DNA of 32,000 nt from Nanobdella aerobiophila. Its GTDB lineage: Archaea; Nanobdellota; Nanobdellia; Nanobdellales; Nanobdellaceae. The stretch covers positions 90,001 through 122,000 of the forward strand of contig NZ_AP019769.1 of NCBI RefSeq assembly GCF_023169545.1, in the 5' to 3' direction. Shown here piece by piece: positions 27,688 to 32,000 of this stretch. Made by a program: the position numbers and the translations under genes. The notes under the pieces were generated by a model. That model saw only the letters and a list, made by a program, of their open reading frames with translations. It did no database searches and had not been told where the DNA came from. Position 1 is the stretch's first letter, and every line of letters starts with the position of its first letter.

Positions 27688-28106
27688 GTGTAACATCAGG
27701 AAAGGAAGAAGTAGTAGCGGATCTAATATCAAATGAGGCAAAAAAGAATAAATTGGAGATATATTCTATATTACAGATACCAGGAATAAAAGGTTATATA
27801 TTCGTAGAGGCGTTAAACTCTCTAGAAATACAAAGAGTTTTAGTAGGGCTAAGATATGCTAGAAAAGTAATTCCACAAGAGATATCCATGGATGAATTAA
27901 ATAAATATTTTGAGGAGGAAAAAGTAGAATTAAATCCAGGGGATATAGTAGAGATCTTAGCCGGTGCTTTTAAGGGCACGAGGGGGAAAATAATCAATAT
28001 AGATGATAAGAAGGAGGAAGCATCTATAGAACTGATAGATGTACCAGTTCCATTACAATTAAGTATACCTTTAAATAATCTAAAGATAGTAGAAAAATCT
28101 AAATAA
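27669..28106 (+). CDS. spt5: Transcription elongation factor Spt5 (NusG-like)
   Basis: GKEEVVADLISNEA, IPGIKGYIFVEA, PGDIVEILAGAFKGTRGKIINIDD. Confidence 0.95.
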   Translation: MPIYIVSVTSGKEEVVADLISNEAKKNKLEIYSILQIPGIKGYIFVEALNSLEIQRVLVGLRYARKVIPQEISMDELNKYFEEEKVELNPGDIVEILAGAFKGTRGKIINIDDKKEEASIELIDVPVPLQLSIPLNNLKIVEKSK

Positions 28107-29181
28107 CTTCTATACCCAATTCATTCTCTATCTTTTTCTGTTCTTCTGGTTTTTCTACTCCTGGTTTATTATCAGTTTTTATTCCTAATATAAATGATGG
28201 CATATTTTTCAGTTTTGTTATAGTTATAGATACTTTTACATAATTTTTCTTATCATCCTCAAAGGAAATACCTTGTATTAATTTTGCTCTAGGATCTAGT
28301 ACAGATTTTATTGTATCTAGTATTTTGTTTATATCTGCTGGAGTTACATCTGGAGAACATACAACTCTTACCAAAGCAGCTTTGGCTCCGGTTGCATCCA
28401 CATCAATTAATGGATTGTTTAATGCTCTTTGTACGGCTTCTGTTGCTTTGTTTTCAGAATTCGACTCTCCTATTCCAAATATTCCATATCCAGCATTTGA
28501 TACTATAGATCTAAAATCTGCAAAATCAACGTTTATATATCCAGGTTTTGTTAATAATTCTGTTAAGTCTCTTAATGCATTAGATAATAATGAGTCTGCA
28601 ACTTTAAAAGCTTGCATTAATGGTATATTTGGATATAGTTGTTGCAATTTATCATTTGGTATTATTACTAGTAGATCTACATTCTTCTCTAATCTTTCCA
28701 ATGAATATAATGCATTATCCCATATATTAGAACCTTCTGCAGAAAATGGCCATGTACATATTGCAATTACTATCGATCCTAGTTTTTTAGCAACTTCTGC
28801 TACTACAGGTGCTACTCCACCTCCAGAACCTCCGCCCAGTCCGCATGTTAAAAATATTACATCTGAACCTTCAATTGCTTTCTTTATCTCTTGTTCAGAT
28901 TCTTTTGCTGCTTCTTCCCCGATTTTTGGATCTTTTCCAGCCCCCAATCCTTTCGTAAGTTGTTTTCCAACTAATATCTTTTTATGTGCTCTTGTAATTA
29001 GTAAATGTCTTACATCTGTATTTATTGCAATTAATTCTGGCCCTTCAATATTCATGTTATATAGTGTAGATATTGTATTGCTTCCTCCTCCACCGCATCC
29101 TATTACTTTTATCCTTTTTGTAGCTTGAGCAAGATATTCTTCTAGTTCTTTATCAAAAATCTCTGTACTATTATCAACCAT
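28099..29181 (-). CDS. ftsZ: Cell division protein FtsZ
   Basis: IKVIGCGGGGSNTI, ELIAINTDVRHLL, GLGGGSGGGVAPVVAEVAKKLG, FADFRSIVSNAGYGIFGIGES. Confidence 0.96.
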   Translation of the reverse strand: MVDNSTEIFDKELEEYLAQATKRIKVIGCGGGGSNTISTLYNMNIEGPELIAINTDVRHLLITRAHKKILVGKQLTKGLGAGKDPKIGEEAAKESEQEIKKAIEGSDVIFLTCGLGGGSGGGVAPVVAEVAKKLGSIVIAICTWPFSAEGSNIWDNALYSLERLEKNVDLLVIIPNDKLQQLYPNIPLMQAFKVADSLLSNALRDLTELLTKPGYINVDFADFRSIVSNAGYGIFGIGESNSENKATEAVQRALNNPLIDVDATGAKAALVRVVCSPDVTPADINKILDTIKSVLDPRAKLIQGISFEDDKKNYVKVSITITKLKNMPSFILGIKTDNKPGVEKPEEQKKIENELGIEVI

Positions 29182-29277
29182 TTAATTTTTTTGGTAATAA
29201 AGTTAATAAATTTATTCTTTTTCGATTATCTATTTTGAATATTTATGGCCTATGAATTATAAAATATTTATGTTTCA

Positions 29278-29285
29278 TATATAAA
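29278..29285 (+). promoter_or_regulatory. TATA-like box for FKBP gene
   Basis: TATATAAA centred ~25.5 nt upstream of ATG 29307. Confidence 0.5.
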
Positions 29286-29306
29286 TTTTTTTATAAAATC
29301 TCTTTT

Positions 29307-29885
29307 ATGACTAAATGGGTTGAAATATTATATTCTATATATGATGAAAATGGAAATCTATTGGAAAGTACTCAGGAGGAAGTAATTATCCCATTAGGTT
29401 ATAATATATTGCATAAAGAAATAGAGGATAAATTAGCATCTTCAGAATATGGAAAAGAATATAATTTTTTATTAAAAAAACCGTTTGGGAGTAGAGATTC
29501 AAATCTAGTAAAAATAATTCCAGTCTCCGAATTTTACAATAGGAATATAAATCCAGTTATTAATTTAGTAGTAAATGTAGATGGTTCCATTGGTATTGTT
29601 AGGTCTGTAAATAGTGGTAGAGTGCTAGTAGACTTTAATCATCCTTATGCTGGTAAAGATTTATTATATGTTATAAAATTGAATAGAGAAGTTACTGATT
29701 TAAAAGAAAAGATTTCTGGATTATTGGCTATTATATACAATGTAACTAGAAAAAATATAGAAGTAAATATAGATGATAATAATAAAAAGATATCTATAAA
29801 TATAAAAGATCTCGACTTAAATAAAGAACAGAAAGAAATTATTAAAAAGTTTATATCAGAAATAAAAGACTATAATATAGAATAG
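29307..29885 (+). CDS. FKBP-type peptidyl-prolyl cis-trans isomerase
   Basis: IPLGYNILHKEIEDKLASSEYGKEYNFLLKKPFGSRDSNLVKIIPVSEF, RVLVDFNHPYAGKDLLYVIKL. Confidence 0.9.
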   Translation: MTKWVEILYSIYDENGNLLESTQEEVIIPLGYNILHKEIEDKLASSEYGKEYNFLLKKPFGSRDSNLVKIIPVSEFYNRNINPVINLVVNVDGSIGIVRSVNSGRVLVDFNHPYAGKDLLYVIKLNREVTDLKEKISGLLAIIYNVTRKNIEVNIDDNNKKISINIKDLDLNKEQKEIIKKFISEIKDYNIE

Positions 29886-29957
29886 GGCTCGTAGCTTAGT
29901 TGGTAAAGCGTCGGGCTCTTAACCCGAAGATCGGGGGTTCGAATCCCCCCGGGCCCA
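29885..29957 (+). tRNA. tRNA-Lys (anticodon CTT)
   Basis: GGGCTCG...CGGGCCC acceptor, anticodon arm TCGGG-CTCTTAA-CCCGA, T arm CGGGGGTTCGAATCCCCC, discriminator A; no CCA encoded. Confidence 0.96.
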
Positions 29958-29995
29958 GAACTTTCTAAATAAGTATAGTAGTTTTTTACATAATG

Positions 29996-30003
29996 TTTAT
30001 ATA
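29996..30003 (+). promoter_or_regulatory. TATA-like box for the pilin-lectin gene
   Basis: TTTATATA centred ~27 nt upstream of ATG 30027. Confidence 0.5.
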
Positions 30004-30026
30004 TTACTAAAATATATATCTATATT

Positions 30027-31640
30027 ATGAGATCTATATCACCTATTATAGCTACTATATTAATTATTGTTATTACTGTAGCTATTGCAGGATTAACTTA
30101 TGCATTCTTATCCGGATTATTTTCTGGATTAACTTCTTCTACTAGTAATCAGGTAAGTAGACAATCACAATATATATCTTTCTCTATTACTAATTCTTAT
30201 TGTTCAAATAATATATTATATATATCTATATATAATAATGGTAATATACCAATAATAATAAATAATAATACTGTACTAACTATTAATAATGGAAATAATA
30301 ATATTGTTAGTATAAATGGTAATAATATTATATGTAATAATAACAATACTATATTACAAGGTAGTACAGATACATGTTATATAAATAATTCTTTATGTAT
30401 ATATAATCCTTCAAATAATAATAATCCACAAATTACCTTAGATTATCAAGGAGTGGGAAATAATAATAATCTAGGTAATGGATATCTTGTAGGATACTTT
30501 ACTAACCCTTTACCTATAATAATATACAATACTCAAAATATAAGTACTCCAACACCTTTCCAACAAGATATTGCTATATGTAATGGTAATCCTAATGTAG
30601 GTAATAATTTTGCTTATGTAGATAATGTTACTTTATATAATGAAATAAATTCTAATGGATCCAATATATTATTTTATTCTAATAACGGATTATTATATTC
30701 ATGGTATGAAGGTCAAGAAAATATAAGTACTGCTTCTTGTGATGTCTGGTGGGCAAATTTACCAAATGGAATTCCTGCAAATAATAATATAACTATTTAT
30801 ATGGAAATAAATAATAATACAAATTATTATTCTCAATATTACCCTTACACAGGTATTTCTGCATATTGGTATTGTTATTCGGAAGGATATACAAATATGA
30901 GTACATGTCCAAACTATGGATTATATGATAATGGACAATATGTATTTAATTTTTATGACAATTTTGCAGGAACGAGCTTAAACGTAAATAAATGGATAGA
31001 TGGTAACAGTATTCCATCAGGTGCTTCGGGTTATATTTCAGTAGATAATGGAATAACACTTGAATATTCAGGTTCTACATCAGGCGCAGGTGGGATTTGG
31101 ATTTATACAAAATCAACCTATACGCAATCAAATCCTTTTATATGGGAAACTCTTGAGAATATGTATGGTTCTAATAGTAGCGATATAAGATTAAGGCAGT
31201 ATATTCGGTTAAGTAGTGCAAATACCTCCTCAGATATAGCAGATAAGGAGGCATATTCTTGGCTTCATTTAGCTGGTGGTATTGATTATGGATATTTCTC
31301 TAATTCAAATTATGTGAACCAGGCACCTGTAAATTTTCAAACTTCAACCACAAATTTAGGTTTTGAATCATTTGTGGTTCCTGCTGCTAGTTCTTTATAT
31401 GATTATACATTTATAGATGAACAGATTCTAAACAGCTCAGGATTTTATTGGTATCAGCTTTCTCCATCTGGAGTAGTATTAAATTCAAATTCATATACTG
31501 GTAGCAATAACAATACTTTTGTTCTGCTTATACAAGCTTCTCAAGACCCCTACACGGGAACAACACAAGTTAATATAGGCTGGACTCTTGTCCGTGCATA
31601 TCCACCAAATGGAGTTATGCCTGAAATTTTTATACAATAA
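30027..31640 (+). CDS. Archaeal type IV pilin-like N-terminus fused to DUF2341-like and lectin/LamG-like domains; putative adhesin
   Basis: MRSISPIIATILIIVITVAIAGLTYAFLSGLF (archaeal pilin N-term); FQQDIAICNG...WYEGQENISTASCDVWWANLPNGIPANNNITIYMEI (DUF2341-like); FNFYDNFAGTSLNVNKWI... (concanavalin/lectin-like). Confidence 0.8.
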   Translation: MRSISPIIATILIIVITVAIAGLTYAFLSGLFSGLTSSTSNQVSRQSQYISFSITNSYCSNNILYISIYNNGNIPIIINNNTVLTINNGNNNIVSINGNNIICNNNNTILQGSTDTCYINNSLCIYNPSNNNNPQITLDYQGVGNNNNLGNGYLVGYFTNPLPIIIYNTQNISTPTPFQQDIAICNGNPNVGNNFAYVDNVTLYNEINSNGSNILFYSNNGLLYSWYEGQENISTASCDVWWANLPNGIPANNNITIYMEINNNTNYYSQYYPYTGISAYWYCYSEGYTNMSTCPNYGLYDNGQYVFNFYDNFAGTSLNVNKWIDGNSIPSGASGYISVDNGITLEYSGSTSGAGGIWIYTKSTYTQSNPFIWETLENMYGSNSSDIRLRQYIRLSSANTSSDIADKEAYSWLHLAGGIDYGYFSNSNYVNQAPVNFQTSTTNLGFESFVVPAASSLYDYTFIDEQILNSSGFYWYQLSPSGVVLNSNSYTGSNNNTFVLLIQASQDPYTGTTQVNIGWTLVRAYPPNGVMPEIFIQ

Positions 31641-31681
31641 TTTTTGATAAAATATAAAAGATTATATGTTGAAAAAATTTT

Positions 31682-32000
31682 ATGTATAATTATTTATTAA
31701 GAATAAAGTATAATGGAGAGAATTATCATGGTATTGCATATCAAAAAGAGTTTAGAACAATATCTGGAGAAATAATAAAAAATCTTAAAATAAATGAATT
31801 TAAGTTATCTATATTATCAAGGACAGATAAGGGTGTAAGTGCAGAAGAGAATTATATATCAATATCTACTAATACTGAAATAAAATCTTTTAATATAAAT
31901 TTAGATAATATAAAAATATTAAATGCATATAAATTGACAGATTTCATAAATATTAGAAAATTTTCTTTGGGAAAATTATATCAATATAATTTACCAAAAG
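31682..32000 (+). CDS. truA: tRNA pseudouridine synthase A, partial (truncated by window end)
   Basis: From ATG 31682: MYNYLLRIKYNGENYHGIAYQKEF...LSILSRTDKGVSAEENYISI; catalytic-Asp motif SRTDKGVSA. Confidence 0.88.
   Translation, partial: MYNYLLRIKYNGENYHGIAYQKEFRTISGEIIKNLKINEFKLSILSRTDKGVSAEENYISISTNTEIKSFNINLDNIKILNAYKLTDFINIRKFSLGKLYQYNLPK

Noticed and set aside
28311-29128. 65-aa and 267-aa ORFs opposite/within ftsZ
   Set aside because: The ftsZ frame contains all conserved GTPase elements; the 267-aa plus ORF is its antisense shadow.
1-32000. CRISPR array or toxin-antitoxin/defence island
   Set aside because: No regularly spaced direct repeats or recognised defence proteins seen by reading; simple AT-rich trinucleotide tracts are explained by composition.

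Overview
AT-rich, gene-dense archaeal window. Gene content and order fit a reduced DPANN genome of Nanoarchaeota/Nanobdellota type; this taxonomic call is inference. There are three main blocks. (1) About 1-10.2 kb, minus strand: one tightly packed operon-like run encoding pilin-like proteins with N-terminal helices, a duplicated-domain T2SS-F/TadC/ArlJ platform protein, a membrane-anchored papain-family (C1) cysteine protease with an insertion in its 'NSWGxxWG' block, large Cys-rich ectodomain proteins and a polytopic membrane protein. (2) 11.5-29.2 kb: informational genes. These are rpoH-rpoB''-rpoB'-rpoA'-rpoA''-eL30-uS12-(membrane protein)-uS7, uL11-(54-aa membrane ORF)-uL1-uL10, secE-spt5 and ftsZ. 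Between them lie a pyruvoyl-dependent arginine decarboxylase, cytochrome bd-type oxidase genes and a XerA-like recombinase. (3) 29.3-32 kb: an FKBP-type PPIase, tRNA-Lys(CTT), a pilin-anchored DUF2341/lectin-like adhesin and the 5' end of truA. Strongest non-ORF signals: a canonical archaeal C/D box sRNA (~24835-24884) in an unusually long intergenic gap; TATA-like boxes centred ~25-28 nt upstream of many start codons, implying leaderless mRNAs; one near-symmetric box exactly midway between divergent rpoH and ATP-grasp starts; and interleaved divergent promoters between rpl11 and secE. Best candidate for an undescribed system is the pilus-like/papain/Cys-rich surface operon, possibly together with the pilin-lectin at 30-31.6 kb, as host-contact machinery.
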